A DNA stretch of 64,000 nt from Eledone cirrhosa (lineage: Eukaryota), in assembly GCA_964016885.1 (NCBI GenBank), contig OZ024742.1, positions 34,906,001 to 34,970,000 on the forward strand, written 5' to 3'. The notes under the pieces are model-generated. The model was not told the DNA's origin and ran no database searches. It worked only from the letters and a program-made list of their open reading frames with translations. Made by a program: the position numbers and the translations under genes. Every line of letters begins with the position of its first letter. The first letter of the stretch is position 1. Shown one piece after another: positions 27,143 through 42,753 of the stretch.

Positions 27143-28265
27143 ATCATCATCATCAACATGATGGTCCCTTAAGCCTTTTCGGTTTGGCGGGGCACTGCAA
27201 TGTTGAACGCTGCACCAACTGCTTCCACCTCTGGTGGTCATGCGCGAGTGCTTGGTTTGTGGCAAAGTTCTTCCTGTCCACTCTGCTATCTTTTCTGTCT
27301 ACCGATCCCTCTGTCTACACCGCCTTCTCTTTCCTCGCTCTGTTCCTTGGAGAATTGTCTTAGAGAGTCCCTCTGATCTTGTTACATACCCATACCATTT
27401 TAGCTTCCGCCTCTTCACCGTGGTCAGCAGATCTTCAAAGTGGCTCACGTTCTGTGTGATTCTTTTGCGGACCTCCTCGTTCGTGATGTGTTCTGTGTAG
27501 AAGATTACCAGGATTTTTCTATAGCATCTCATCTCCACTGTTTGTAACTTTCTTTGCAGCTTAGTGGTCAGTGCCCATGACTCACATGCGTATAGAAAGA
27601 TGGATAGAAACAACGCACGCAGTAGTTTTAGTTTGCATTTGAGAGTGGTGTTTTTGTCTTTCCAGAGAGGTTTCAGTTTAGGAAGTGCTATTAGAGCACT
27701 ACTTGCAAGGACTGGCTTGGATCCCTTTTGGTGGATAATTGCGTCACAGTCTCCAGCCTTTGACCACTGACTGTAATCCTTCTTTCTATTGGCTTTGTGG
27801 TATTTGTCATCAGCTTGGTTTTTTCAACGCTTATCTCCATGCCGTATCTAGTTGACGTTACGTCCAAGCGTTTCACCAGCGCGGCAAGTTCTTCTTCACT
27901 TTCAGCTAGCCCGACGATGTCATCAGCGAATCTGAGGGTTGTGATAATTCGCCCTACTAGAGGGTTGTGATAACTCGTCCTACTATACTGATTATGCAAG
28001 GACTGTCTTCTAGGGCGTCGGTCATGATTCGCTCTAGGAAGATGTTGAACAGTGTCGGGGAGAGGAAACAATCCTTTTGGACGCCTACTGATGTGTGGAA
28101 TCAGTCACCCATTGTGTAGGCCACTCTCCAGTCTGCCAGATTTTGTTGCAGATTCTAGTGAGGACGTCAATCACTGTTTCTCCTCCATGCTTTATCAGTT
28201 CTGCTGGAATGTTTGTACCAGCTGCTTTTCCAGTTTTCCGCTATTTTATTGCTGTCTCTACTTGG
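27143..28265 (-). mobile_element. RTE/BovB-like LINE, truncated and frameshifted
   Basis: LRFADDIVGLAESEEEL, YACESW, EMRCYRKIL, KLKWYGYVTR, GKRRR.RQ; (GAT)n tail. Confidence 0.9.
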
Positions 28266-28614
28266 AGAAAGAAATAAAATGGTTTCTGAAACTCAAGATA
28301 TATCAGGAACTCCAACAGTTCCTGATGTTGGATCTTGAGTTTCAGAACTTATGGTTGGGTTTTTTTATAAGTTAAAGCAGACATTTTTAGCTGATTTGGC
28401 TTATAATCCCACAAAATGAGATTTGGGCTTAAGTTTAATATATTTTAATACTTCTCTGAGTAGATAATTAATTAATATACCCTATCCTTTTATTGAGATG
28501 TTTACGTATTAGAGACAGTTAACTTTATAAATTAATATATATATATATCCGAACATCCTAACACATATTTCCATAATTATAGTTGATCACTATAAATAGT
28601 AGTTAAGAAAATCG

Positions 28615-28687
28615 GGGTGCCTGCGAGGATCGAACTTCACACCTCTCGGATGCCATGCGAGTGCGTTACCCTCTACGCTAAAGAGCC
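28615..28687 (-). pseudogene. tRNA-like unit (GGC at the anticodon position; pseudogene or SINE head)
   Basis: TAGCGTAGAGGG A-box, GTTCGATCC B-box; acceptor stem does not pair. Confidence 0.6.
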
Positions 28688-28850
28688 TCTTGTCAGTTAG
28701 GTCTTTTAAAATATTTTAACCCTGTAACTAGAAATGTAAACGAAACAGTTGACTTGGGAAGCATTAGCAAAATGTGTGCGTCGAAACGCGAATAACCATA
28801 ATAATAGTCAAATGCTATAAATCGAGCAAAGTACCCTTGGCGGCGAAAAA

Positions 28851-28923
28851 TGGTGCCTGCGAGTAATCGATCACTTCATCTCTCAGGTGTCAAGGAAGTG
28901 CGTTACCACTACACGAAAGAGTC
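28851..28923 (-). pseudogene. Second diverged tRNA-like unit ending CCA then TTTTT
   Basis: Homologous to 28615-28687, 236 bp apart. Confidence 0.55.
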
Positions 28924-28964
28924 GCAGGCCACTAATTCTATCTTTATGGAGGATTGTAAGTCTG

Positions 28965-29110
28965 TAGCTGAAAGGGTGTAGGCGGATAGAATGCTTAATG
29001 GCATTCGTTCCAGTTCTCTGCTCTCTGAGTTCAAATCCTGCCAAGGTCAACTTTGCTTTTCATCCTTTCGAGATCAATAAAAAAAGTACTAGTCTAATAT
29101 TGGAGTCGAG
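28965..29110 (+). mobile_element. Old SINE A-related copy
   Basis: CTGAGTTCAAATCC..GGTCAACTTTGCTTTTCATCCTTTCG. Confidence 0.7.
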
Positions 29111-29894
29111 AGCGAATGGTCAATCTCCCTTGTTTTTCTTCTACGGGCGTTCATCGATCTGAACTGAAGCTGGAGAATTAATTCGGCAATCTAACCACTT
29201 AGCTATCTCAACAAGGTAATTTATAAATATTACTGAAAATTACAAATTATACCTTCACTATGTTTTTGATAGGCTTAAAGTAAATCCTAGGTATACCGGG
29301 TTCGATTTTAAGATTATAGAATTAAGTAGTAAAACTAATTTTGCTGTAATTTTTTCGGCTTTAAATTTTTGTGTTTGCTAAAGATAAACTGTATGTTCCG
29401 GAAAAAATATACCTAACGATATAATCTGACACTAATGGGTCGGTCAATTGGATAGTGTAAATTTCTATGGTAATTCTAAAAGTATTATTGTAAACATAAC
29501 GTCTAATTTCACTAAAGCATGATGGTCTTAACTTTAGCGTATGTGGTTTATTAAAGTAAATCCCAGAATACCAATTTCGATTTTTAAGATTATAGCATTA
29601 TCAAAGATTAAGATTGTTATTTTTTCGGCCTTAAATTTCGGTCGATACAGAATGATAAGAGAAAATGCTCGAATAGGGAGTGATGTGGACAGCAGCGCTG
29701 CGGTGAAGAGATGCAGAAAGGCGATGGGGAATGATCATAGAAGATCCCGGATAAGGAGCTTGAGAAAGCGGCTGCAGTTGGCCGATAGATAATGATTGGA
29801 AACAACGCTGAGAAACGGAGCTCTGCAGATACGGAAAGTCAGCGGTGGGGAGACTGAGTGTAGGTGACCGATAGCGAATGATTCACACCCAATA

Positions 29895-30004
<110 letters not shown>

Positions 30005-30014
30005 AGAGAGAGAA

Positions 30015-31335
30015 TATCAATGAAAAAACTTCATGGTCATCGGCTGTTGTCGAAATGGACGTACAGTTTCGACACATACAATAAACAGCTTGACGATACA
30101 TTCTCTACAGTCAGGTGACAATTATAGGTATCTTGAACTCGATCGGAACGTCAGTTATGATGGACTGAGAAATAAGGCGAGGGCCAGGAATGAATATCTC
30201 AGAAGAGTATAGAGAATATGGTCATCGGAGATCTCGCCGTACAAGCACATTGTTCATAATAATTTTGCTGTGCGCATCCTGATGCCAACATTTGGTCTGT
30301 TGAACTGAGCGAGGTGGATATAAGGACTCGCAAGCTACTCAGTGTACTGGAATCTTTAACACCAATGGTTATGTGGATAAGCTATATTTCTCGCACAACC
30401 AGATTGACTGGGACCTAAAATCCATATTAATATCATACCAGGATAACACTGAAGCAACATCTTCAACAGAAGAAAAAAACCAGTAGCCACTTTGCCCAGG
30501 TTTATAAGTATGATAATAATATTTTTAGGATAGCCACTGATCTAGAAGAAAGACGTGAAATAAAGCCTGATACGAATCTCATTACTCGAACAAATTCTTT
30601 TAAATGGACGAAATCACTGAGAAGGTTGTACATGGGTACTTGAAACGAAAAACACAAACTATAGGTGGCATAGACCTGACATGGAGTTCCGACACGTTTA
30701 TAACATCTCATCTTGAATGTTATCTCCATGCAACCCAGGAAGAAGAAATCCAAACCAAATACCTACATCACAAAAGAAGAAAGTCATTAGTTGGCAGTAA
30801 ATGTGGGCTGTGCAAAAACAAAAATTAAAGATGTTAGCCACATTATTGCCAACTGTGCAAAACAGTCTTCTCTTTACTACCTCCCCATGAGGTTGATGTG
30901 ATAACTAGAACGATCTGTTACGGAAGATGATAATAATATCAAATAGGGAAGAATATGTTGAGACTGACGGTTCAAAGGAATACTATTGGCACCTCAAAAT
31001 AAAACCTGCCACCAAATTTAAGCACAACCAGCCTGATATTGTTGTTTGGGATCACACATTAAAAATATGCTCTGTTGTAGAAGTCAGGAGCACACTTGAT
31101 GTAAATGTGCTAAGAAAAATGCAAGAGAAGGAGGATATCTACAGATCATTGATGAGGAGTTTGCCGTACCAGTATTCAAGATACACGTTCAGCTTCATAC
31201 TCGTCGGTATAACTGAGCTTGGGTTTGTGAAGACAGAACGTCACTCGATAAGCTACAATTGGCGATATCTGGAACCATCAGAACTTGGAAAACATTCTTA
31301 TGGTTCAAAGGATGAATGCTTAGACAAGTGACTAC
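30015..31335 (+). mobile_element. Degenerate RLE-type non-LTR retrotransposon 3' half (RT end, CCHC, PD-(D/E)xK nuclease)
   Basis: LHATQEEEIQTKY, CGLC..HIIANC, HNQPDIVVWD..CSVVEV. Confidence 0.8.
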
Positions 31336-31624
31336 GACAATTTCCTTTCTTCACAATCTTGCCACCGAGAAAGTGGCCAGTCAAAGACATACTCGAAATT
31401 AAGAGAAAGAGAGAACGTATATTTATACATATCAAATTTCCTATTATTCTGATACGTTTTCGCACGCAAAACATGTTAAAAAAACTATTTTACATATCAG
31501 GCACCCCTGTAACTTTACAAACATATCAACTTGCAGTGGAGAGAACCACCCCTCCTAAACCGGTTGAATTACATGTGGTTTTACGGTGGACAATGTGTGG
31601 TATCGTTTATTATGTAGGTAAGTG

Positions 31625-32010
31625 TGATGGATAAGCAATATCGGTAGAGCGTCGGTGAAAATGCTTTGCCGTCTTTAACTATGACTCTCTACGTGCTGAA
31701 TTCAAATTTTGCCAAGGCCAACCTTGTCTTTCATTCTTCGGAAGTTGATATAAAATATAGTACCAGTTCGACTGTCCACTTTCCCCAAATTACTGACCTT
31801 GTGCTTAAATTACAAATCATTCATAATATAGGCGTGGCTTTGTGGTTAGGGAATTCGACTCACGATCGTAGGTCGTGAGTTCGATTCCCAGCGACGCGCT
31901 GTGTCCTTGTGTAAGACACTTTATTTCACGTTGCTCCAGTCCATACATCTGTCAAAATGTAGTTGTACCTGTAATTCGAAGGTCCAGCCTTGTCACATTC
32001 TGTGTCACAC
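31625..32010 (+). mobile_element. Adjacent old SINE A (31625-31825) and SINE B-type (31830-32010) copies
   Basis: A/B boxes and family cores. Confidence 0.75.
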
Positions 32011-32304
32011 CGATCGGATCAACTGGAACACTCGTCGTCGAAACCGACGGAGAACCTTCCATTCATAATATAGGTAAATAGGAAATGAAATAAATATATA
32101 CTGGGTCCTCCACCGTAAAATTAAGATGTATGTGACTAAGTATTCTACAAATACGTATATCCATAACAAATACTTGTAAGTGGCTGAGTATTCCAGAGAA
32201 ACGTGTACCGTTAAATAAGGCTTATAAGTGGTTGAGTATTCCACAGAAAGTTTCTGTATACTCAATTCCAATCATAATGCCATGGGTTAACCACTCGGCC
32301 AAAT

Positions 32305-32398
<94 letters not shown>

Positions 32399-33274
32399 TG
32401 TATTTATATATTCATGTATATATATATATATATATGTATGCATGTATTTATATATTCATGTATGTATATACACAGAAACCTAGACACATGTATACATGCA
32501 TGTACACACCAAATACCAAACACACAACTTTATATATGCCACAAACTATCTCCTGCTAGCAAAACTTCACACACTCTAGCTCCTATTATATGTATCAGGT
32601 GTGTATAATATGTCTATTTTCTATGCATTTATTCAGCAATTAATTGTAACATATTAATGACTTCTCACTAAGGCAAACCGTAACAGACTTTACATGGGAA
32701 GGAAAGGGGTAGATAATCGATTATATTCACCTTTTTCATCCCACTACTATCAGAAAATGGCAATGTCTTATCGTCTCCTGGTATATGAAAGAAAATCTTA
32801 ACACTGGTCGAATTTGAAATCAAATATTTAAAAAGGATTGGAGCCGGTTGTCAGACCGGACTAAAGGAGCTGTTTTCATCTGGTGTTCCATTACTGATAC
32901 TACCTGCCACAACTCCATATAGAAAGAGTAACGTTAAATAAAGTATATTGCCAAAACCATAACGTGCTGTCTCTTCCAGGAAGCGAACCTTATGATCGTG
33001 ATTCTCACTCTAGACCACGTCCCTTCACAAACCTAATGTAAGCTGAAAGCTACTGATTTATTTATTTAGTTATCTGGCAGAAGAGTGTTCTCATAATCAT
33101 CCATCATGATCATGATAATGATGGTTATGATCATCATTCTCATTCTCATTACCATCATCATTATTTGGGGAGCCCTATTGGAACAGATGAACCAGTTCGT
33201 CCCTAGAACACCGCGATCCTTCACTACCACACCAAGGTGTCTGTCGATGATTTATTGGTAGGAATAAAAAAAAA

Positions 33275-33530
33275 GCTTGCGACCTTTCGACACCAGCTGG
33301 TTGAGGTTCCCAAAGGACAAACGCTGATGCTAGTCCTTCTTTTGACAAACCTCACAACTCTTCCTCGGTACTCAAGTTTCTAGATTACCTCACGAAGGTT
33401 TCGCACTTCATATTCCAAATCTCTGGCGCTAGGAAACCTTGCGACCTTTCGACACCAGTTGGCTGAAGTTCCTAAAAGACAAATTATGCTGCTAGCCAAG
33501 CTTTTGGCAGACTTCAGAACTTGTTACCAC
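33275..33530. repeat. Two diverged direct repeats about 162 bp apart
   Basis: CTTGCGACCTTTCGACACCAG.TGG.TGA.GTTCC.AA.GACAAA at about 33276 and 33438. Confidence 0.75.
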
Positions 33531-35156
33531 AGCTAATAATCCTGCATTACCAGACTAAGGGCAACAGAGGGTAAACCAAGCACAATAAAAGATAATAAAG
33601 GGAAAATGGCAAACAAGGGAAGCTGTAAAGCGGCTAACAGTCTCTGATAAATGTTTTCGTAACCTCCATGTACTCAAAGATCTTGTTTGTAGTTGGGAGA
33701 TCTTTAACAATACATTGTATCTCTCATCTGTTTAGTTTGTTTAAAGATCAGCTTCAAAATGTCCTCTCTCAGACTGATTGTTTCTACATTGGAACAAATA
33801 GTGCCTTAGAGTTTCTGGGAAGTCTCCACAAGAACATAAAGATGATTCTATGTAGCTTGTTCATGTTAAAACATAGTTCAATGGCCTGTTTGAACCCAAC
33901 ATTTTTTTTTTTATATGAAAGATACATATATGTGTAGAGGCTATTGAAAATCCTGAAAAGAACATTTAAAATATGAAAGTATTGATAATAAAGTTAATTT
34001 AAACATATTTGTTCTGGCAACTGCGTGGTGGAATAATATTTATAGGGCAAGTCTTGAAGGTGTTAACTGTAGATAGTGATTCATTTATTTATTTTAGTAG
34101 TGTCTATGAATTATTGTGATGGGGTGGGGTTTGGGGAAGGATTGTTCGTTTATATGTAATTTGGTTGCGTACGTCAGCCAATACTTTCAACAGTTTAAAT
34201 ACAATAATAGCTTTAATATAGACGGTAATAAATCAGGCAGTCTACTTTAGCATAATGTTTAACACAGCTTTCCGGTATAAAGCTAATGTGGTGTTCGATT
34301 TCTCTCCACCTTTTCCCGTCTCAAAAAGTTGGTAGACAGATTTATTTTTAACTATTTTATATTTAAATTTATGCATTGTGATATTTTGAAAGAAATAAAA
34401 ACATTGAAATTCCAATCTTCCGATTCCCCGTATACTTGTCTCTGTGGAATACTTAGCCATTTATGATACTAGAATTTTTTTCCATACGCTGACGCGTATA
34501 TGTATGTGTGTGTGTGCGTGTGGGTATGTGCATATGCATACATTTATATGTATGAGTATATAAATATAAACGCGCAAACACAGACACTTACAAAAATACA
34601 CACTCACAGACATATATTCACACAAACACACACGTTAATTCACACAAACACATGCATTCACACACAAACACACATACATTCACACAGAAACACACACATA
34701 CATTCACACACAAACACACACATACATTCACACAAACACACACATACATTCACACACAAACACACACATACATTCACACAAACACACACATACATTCACA
34801 CAAACACACAGACATATATTTACACTCACACAGCGTTGTTTTTTCATCATCCCCTTACTTCCTTTTACACACACATACATTCACGCAGGCAGCAGACGTA
34901 AAGAGAGAGGAATAGTATGAGGTAGTCAAACTACTCCCCCCTCTATATGAGTTGAGACAGAATCGCAGAAATTTATAAATCGAGGTTTCAAAATAGATTT
35001 TGAATCTCCCTGAGAAGTACGATAAAAGTACACGTATCAGTAAACTACTTAACCACATGCGCATTACTTTCACATGTCGGTTATTCTGTTGATCTGTAAC
35101 ACTCGTAACACTCGTTGCCGTCTAACAGGCACATACGTGCATGCACACACGTGCAT

Positions 35157-35244
<88 letters not shown>

Positions 35245-35394
35245 AGGCACACACACATACACTCACAAATGTAATATTTCGCTTAGTAGATATCTTTTCT
35301 TTCTTGACATTCGTATTAATTATCTTCTCCCTTCATTCCCGCCACCTAACATATTTCTAATACTTCTATTTTCTTGGTTACATACATACACACA

Positions 35395-35760
35395 TACATA
35401 AAATGCAGACATAACAGATCAGATATTATGATATGGGACAGGGAAAAGAAGGCATGCACAGTAGTGGAAATTAGCTGCCCAGCAGATGCCGCCAATATAA
35501 TATCAAAGATTAGTGAAAAGGAAAATATTTATGCAGAACTAATGAGAAATCTGCAGATACTCCACCCTGATTACACCTTCAGATTTATGCCTGTGATTAT
35601 TGGGGCACTGGGGTATGTTAGTAACTGCCTCAATACAAATCTTCAGAAGCTGGACTTCACAGGAACAGAAAGAACACAACTAGTTAGGAAATTACAAGTA
35701 CAATCCATTAATGGAACAGTAAAAATATGTAAAACATTCCAAACATTCTGCATCTAATAA
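35395..35760 (+). pseudogene. RLE nuclease domain of a 5'-truncated non-LTR element in a CA/TACA-rich context
   Basis: HNRSDIMIWDREKKACTVVEISCP..KENIY..PVIIGALG. Confidence 0.85.
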
Positions 35761-35950
35761 CTCCATATACACATGTACAGATACAAAGTATATACACATG
35801 CACACGTGCAACTCAAAACATACACATCCACACATAAATAAAATCCATACCTGCACACACAAGCATGCATGCAGACATACATACATAATCTACCTAGTTG
35901 ATGTTGTGTACATACCAATGAGAGAGTATTGTGTCTATGTTAGAAACCGA

Positions 35951-35994
<44 letters not shown>

Positions 35995-37318
35995 CTCTCT
36001 ATTGGTAAACAATTGTGAAATCATAAAACCAGAACATATATACATATATACATACATACACACATACATACATACATACATACATACATACATACATACA
36101 TACATACATACATACATACATACATACATACATACATACATACCACCACCATTATTCCACACACACACATATATATATATATAAAACACTAACAACTTGT
36201 CCACAATTTTAACAACAAAAGAACTGACTACTCTTCGGACTTTTAATACAGATCATATACACATACATGAAGAACAAAAACAACAAAAACAACAGCATCC
36301 GTATCAGCAGCAACAATAATAATTTTAAGAAGGCAACAACAACAACAAAGGACACAATAACACTATTACGAAAAACAACAACGAAAGGAAACAATGTCTC
36401 GGAGGTCTTTTAAAGCGAATGTAAAAACTTTTGTCAAATTTTTAGGTTTTGTTCTAATAGTTATCTTACTGTTTAAAGGTAAGTACTTGCATTTTGGTGT
36501 TGTTATTGTTGTTGAAGGTGGTGGCGTTGGTGGTCTTCGTGGTGTTGGTGATGTTGGTGCTGGTATTGGTGACGGTGGGGGTGATGTAAATTTGTCGTAA
36601 TGTTTCCGTGATACCTGCTCAATTTTGAGCACAGGAACCAAGACTTTGGCAATTTTTAAAGTTGATGCCAACATAAGTTGGGCAATATTGAAGGAATACT
36701 TTTCACGTGAATCAAATGATAAAGTGCTCACGGTGGCGTTGGAAAGAATTGGGTTTGAGCTTTTCAAGTCCTTCCCAGTAATCAAACTTGTTATGTCTCT
36801 TTTTTTTTGTAATTGGCCTCTGGAATGCTTTCATTTTCAAAATAATTTGTTTCGTGTGAGGTGACAACAGTAATCACGGTGGGGTCTGACAAAGGCAGAG
36901 AAGAAAGGTATAATGCAATTAGTATCCCTGGATGGGAAAGTTCAAAAGATCCAGGAATACATCGTGTGTCATGTTAGCTTTGTTGTTTATGTCGGTATTT
37001 CTACTTGGCTCCTTATCGACATTACAACGAGATTCTCCAGTATTATTTGATGCTGAGAGGATTTCGCCCAAAGCAAAAAAAAAAAATGGTAGTTTTCCAA
37101 AGTGGATTTGGTCAATTTTTTTCTCTTTTTTTGTCGTTTAACAGCCTATTGTTGTTTTTTTGTTTTTTTTCCGACCGCAACATGTAAACCCAGTTTAATT
37201 TAACCCAGTTACTCGATGGGTTTCATGAATCGGAGATCAGGGAATCGCTCAAAGTAGAGCCGCTATTTTTCTGAATCGAGAAATCACAGGTCCGATACTG
37301 CGAACAAGTGGTCAGACC

Positions 37319-37862
<544 letters not shown>

Positions 37863-38334
37863 TAAAATAACATTAAAGTTTAAGCAAAGAATCGTTGCTT
37901 TCACCCTAAACGGGATCTTCTCAAACTAAAAACATCAATCTATGAACGCAGAAGTAAATATTTCGAAAAACGTTGCAACCGAACGAAAACAGGAAGACGA
38001 TACTTTAGTTCGCGATTCTTTGGTTGGCATTGAACGGATAATAGCGAACATTATACGTCATCAATCTTCGTCAGAATGTCGTAATGCAGACAGCCAAGCA
38101 TACAGACAGATATTATAAGAGCGCGACGGAGATGGATAACCGGCGCCTAACACCCCTTTAACAACAGAAAATTGAAAAATAAAAGCTGCAGTTAATATCT
38201 TTAGACCGCAAGGTATATATAAATGCAAGTTTGAAGTCAATCGGAGTAGAAATGTGGATTTATATAGATTGCGAAAATGAGGACACACACAGATAACATC
38301 AGTTTTATATATAGAGATATATATATAATATGTA

Positions 38335-38556
38335 TGTAAAAGGTAAACAGAAATAACAACACAATCGGTACAGTATATGGAAGGGATATATTAGGTTAAG
38401 GCTTGATATAGCAGGAAGAAGGTCTTGACGTTTCGGATGCTAGTCCTTCATCAAATGAAAGAATGAAAAATAAGATAGATTGAGGGGACGGGTGGGTTGG
38501 AATTGGAAAAAATGCCTTTAGATAGAAATAACAGGTCCATTCATGTTGACATCTCT
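38335..38556 (-). mobile_element. Third copy of the hammerhead-bearing repeat (core 38423-38458, degenerate)
   Basis: Homologous to 17400-17620; TTGATGAAGGACTAGCATCCGAAACGTCAAGA. Confidence 0.8.
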
Positions 38557-38784
38557 TGCAAAACTGTTGGTTCTAGCGTTTTGTGCATGATTTATTTTTT
38601 AGAAAAGTGAATATATCCAATAATGACAATTACTTAATATATATTTGAAATGTATAAGAAAGAAATCTCATCGACTTTCTTTTACTTTCGAAAAATAGGA
38701 CACACTAGTGCCTATGGGGCACGAACGCACACACCTACATGCTTGCAGGGCAAACATATTACCATCTTTTTTTTCGTTAAGTTG

Positions 38785-38853
38785 TTTTATATGCCTTAGT
38801 ATTTATATGCCTTAGTATTTATATGCCTTAGTATTTATATGCCTTAGTATTTA
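38785..38853. repeat. 16-bp tandem repeat x4
   Basis: TTTATATGCCTTAGTA. Confidence 0.9.
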
Positions 38854-39552
38854 CAAACGAAACGAAATTTAATTTCGTTTCGTTATTTGTTTTTATTTAA
38901 ACATGGTTTATTTTATAGTAAAAAAATTAGATGAAACTTTTAACTTTCTCGTATGAATATGTCATATATCGAGTGTGGCTTAGTGGTTTGGGTGTTTGGA
39001 TCAATATGTCCTGTTGCTTCAGCCAATTCAAGTTGAAAAACAAACGAGCTATACTTGTAATTGCAATGGCCAGCCTTGTCAAATACGGTGTCACGCTACA
39101 TCATCCTCAGAAATTACGCCATAGTTGTACGTATTTGTGAAATGCACACCACTTTCCTGTTAAATTCCCAGGCTGTTCAAATGATCAAACAATTGGAACA
39201 CGTTCCCCCAGACCCGACCGAGGTTCAATAACAACATATACATATACGAGAGTGTAATAGAGATAGGAGTCATCGTATTTATGGAATAGAAATATGAGAG
39301 GAAATAATATTGGTTTCTCTGATATTTATCGATTACTAACATAACAGAATAAATACAAGTTGACTTAATCGATCACTTGGCTTATTTTTATCATTCTTTA
39401 TTGTTTTGTCTACTTAAGGCATGTCTGTTTACATTTAATTGCACACACATTGACATTCACACATGCACATATGATCATATATATGTACACCATCACACAT
39501 TCACACGTGTATACATCTACGTTCAACATTTATTATATAATCTAAGATAGTG

Positions 39553-39640
<88 letters not shown>

Positions 39641-39669
39641 ATACTAATAAATTTGAAGACTAAAATCCA

Positions 39670-39710
<41 letters not shown>

Positions 39711-40369
39711 TGAGAAGCCAACTCACATAGACCCAGCTACATCATACTAAATAGTCCACAACCTTAACACTGACAGACCTAAACACTCTCCGAACTTTTA
39801 AAGCAGGACCCCTTGCGTGTACAACACACATACACACACATACATATACATAAATATACACAGACACACACATATATATACGTAAATATACAGACACACA
39901 CATACATATACATATACATATACAGACACACACATACATATACATAAATATACATAGATACACACACATATACATAAATATACATCGATACACACATATA
40001 CATATACATAGATACACACACATATATACATAAATATACATAGATACACACATACATATACATAAATATACACAGATACACACACACACGCACATACATA
40101 TACATAAATATACACAGATAAACACACATACATACATACGCACACATAGTACACACACATACGTATACATAAATATACATAGTTTCACACACATACATAC
40201 ATACATAAACACACACATCAACAATAAAAATATAAGCAAATGGTGGCCATGACTTGGAGATTGCTGAGGAAGAACAGAACTTCCGTTGGACTTTTAGTTT
40301 TTCTTCTGATAGGAGGAACTTTGCTGTTGTTTGGTAAGTACTTACATTTTGGTGTTATTGTTATTGTTA

Positions 40370-40590
40370 GTGAAGGCGTGTGGCTGAGTGGTTAGAGAAT
40401 TGGATTTGCAATCGTGAGGTTGTGAGTTCGATTCCCGTACCGAGCGAAACGTTATGTCCTTGAGCAAGACACTTTATTTCACGTTGCTCCTTCTATCTGG
40501 AGTTGCGACCAATAGATAATATTAGCAATTGGAAAGACCGATGGAAACATTGTTTCCTCGGTCCGATTTGACGATAGTCGGTCGTTCCTT
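40370..40590 (+). mobile_element. SINE family B, full length
   Basis: TGGCTGAGTGG A-box, GAGTTCGATTCCC B-box, CCTTGAGCAAGACACTTTATTTCACGTTGCTCC core. Confidence 0.9.
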
Positions 40591-41798
40591 AATTGTTATT
40601 GTTGGTGTTGGTAGTGGTGGTATTAGTAGTAGTAGTAGTAGCAGAAGTAGTAGTAGTTGTTGTTGTTGTTCTTATTGTTGGTGTTGGTAGTGGTAGTAGT
40701 AGTAGTAGTTGTTATTGTTGGTGTTGGTAGTAGTAGTAGTAGTAGTAGTAGTTGTTATTGTTGGTGTTGGTAGTAGTAGTAGTAGTAGTAGTAGTAGTTG
40801 CTGTTGTTCTTGTTGGTGGTGGTGTTGGTAGTGGTGGTAGTAGTAGTAGTAGTAGTAGTTGTTGTTGGTGGTGGTTATGATGATAATGATGGTGGTCGTT
40901 ATGGTGTTGGTGTTGGTGTAGGTGGTAGTAGTGATGTCGGTGTTATTGTTGTTGGTTGTTGTGGTTGGGATTGTGGTATTGGTGTTGGTGGTTGTTAGTA
41001 GTGCTGGTTGTGGTGTTGGTGGTGGTAATGTTCGGATGTTGGGCTCACGATCGTAAGCTTGTAAGTTCAGGTCTTGGGCAGGGTAAAGTATTGAGTCCTT
41101 GAATAAAACATTTTATACCACGTTGTTCCAGATTATTTAACTGAAAAGAATTGTTTACACTTACCTTTGTTTAGCTGAACTTCTACGTGTTTGCTTGGGT
41201 GTTTTAACGATAGGGGACCCCAGTCCTGTCCTTCTGTTGTTGCAGCGCAACCTATCTACGTTTAGGTTGCTCAGATTGTTTTAACGACAGGGACCCAGTG
41301 GTATCATGTTGTTTTTATTACAGATCATACTTATCCAGGTTTAGTTGGCCTCTTATGAGATTATATCTAATAAGAGGTTAATTGACTGTTTTAATGAGAG
41401 GAAACCCAACCCCTTCTCAGTTCATTCATGGAAGGCAACGTGAAAGGAAATGTTTTATACAATAAAACAACGTGCCATTAGGTCAAGAAAGCGAACCAAT
41501 GACCTTATGATCGTGAGTACAAAACTCAAACCATTTGACCATGGGCCTTCACAGTTAGAGGTTAAGCCTACGATGGACTGACACCCGATCAAATTCTTGT
41601 ATAATTAGTCGTTAACTTCAAGGAAACCGAGATAAACTACGCCATGATGAGAGCATAGGCTTGAGAACAGACTTTATCTTTATCTAAGTACAGTTACCTT
41701 TGGGCGTACAGCACATCCCTACATATACAAGTATACCTACTCATGCATTGAAATGCGGGACCTCAGTAGCACCTTACGTTTGGGTGTCTTAGTACTAC

Positions 41799-42011
<213 letters not shown>

Positions 42012-42355
42012 ATTCAAATCAAAGATAAGACATATATATAGAGTGAGAAAAAGCGTCCTATATCGTTTTCAGAAATCATAACATTTTGTACATATATATA
42101 AAGCACATATTTAGGGAAAAGTTGGAAAAGTTATGGTTATCCTTGCGGTACCGTATCATAGTTCGTAAACTAAAGCAAATATATGCTCAAAATGCTAAGT
42201 TTTCTCAAGCAATATATGGCTCAATATATGGTTCTTTCTATATATACATATATCTTTTAATTTCAATTATTAAAACTCTGGGCAAATATCCATTGATCTT
42301 TTCTGCTGAGAAACATAATCATCATACATATTATATATGTTATGATACCTTAAAT

Positions 42356-42395
<40 letters not shown>

Positions 42396-42480
42396 ATTTC
42401 CTATTACCCACTCTACTACCCTAAGTATTGAGTACTTTGGTGCGTTATGGTCCACTTGGTTCCTTACCACATTTCCTTCG

Positions 42481-42548
<68 letters not shown>

Positions 42549-42655
42549 GCATATATAGTGAAATAAAATAACAAGGACGATTGGTTACTCCTTTATTACG
42601 TTTATTGGTTGGTGATGCACGTTTCGCCACTGATCAGCTCCAAGTTACATTCCCT

Positions 42656-42712
<57 letters not shown>

Positions 42713-42753
42713 GAAAATAAGAATTGCATCTTTTTGTAAACTTTATTACATGT

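Noticed and set aside
28615-28687. Functional tRNA-Ala gene
   Set aside because: Acceptor stem unpaired, mismatch in the anticodon stem, and a GGC anticodon atypical for eukaryotes
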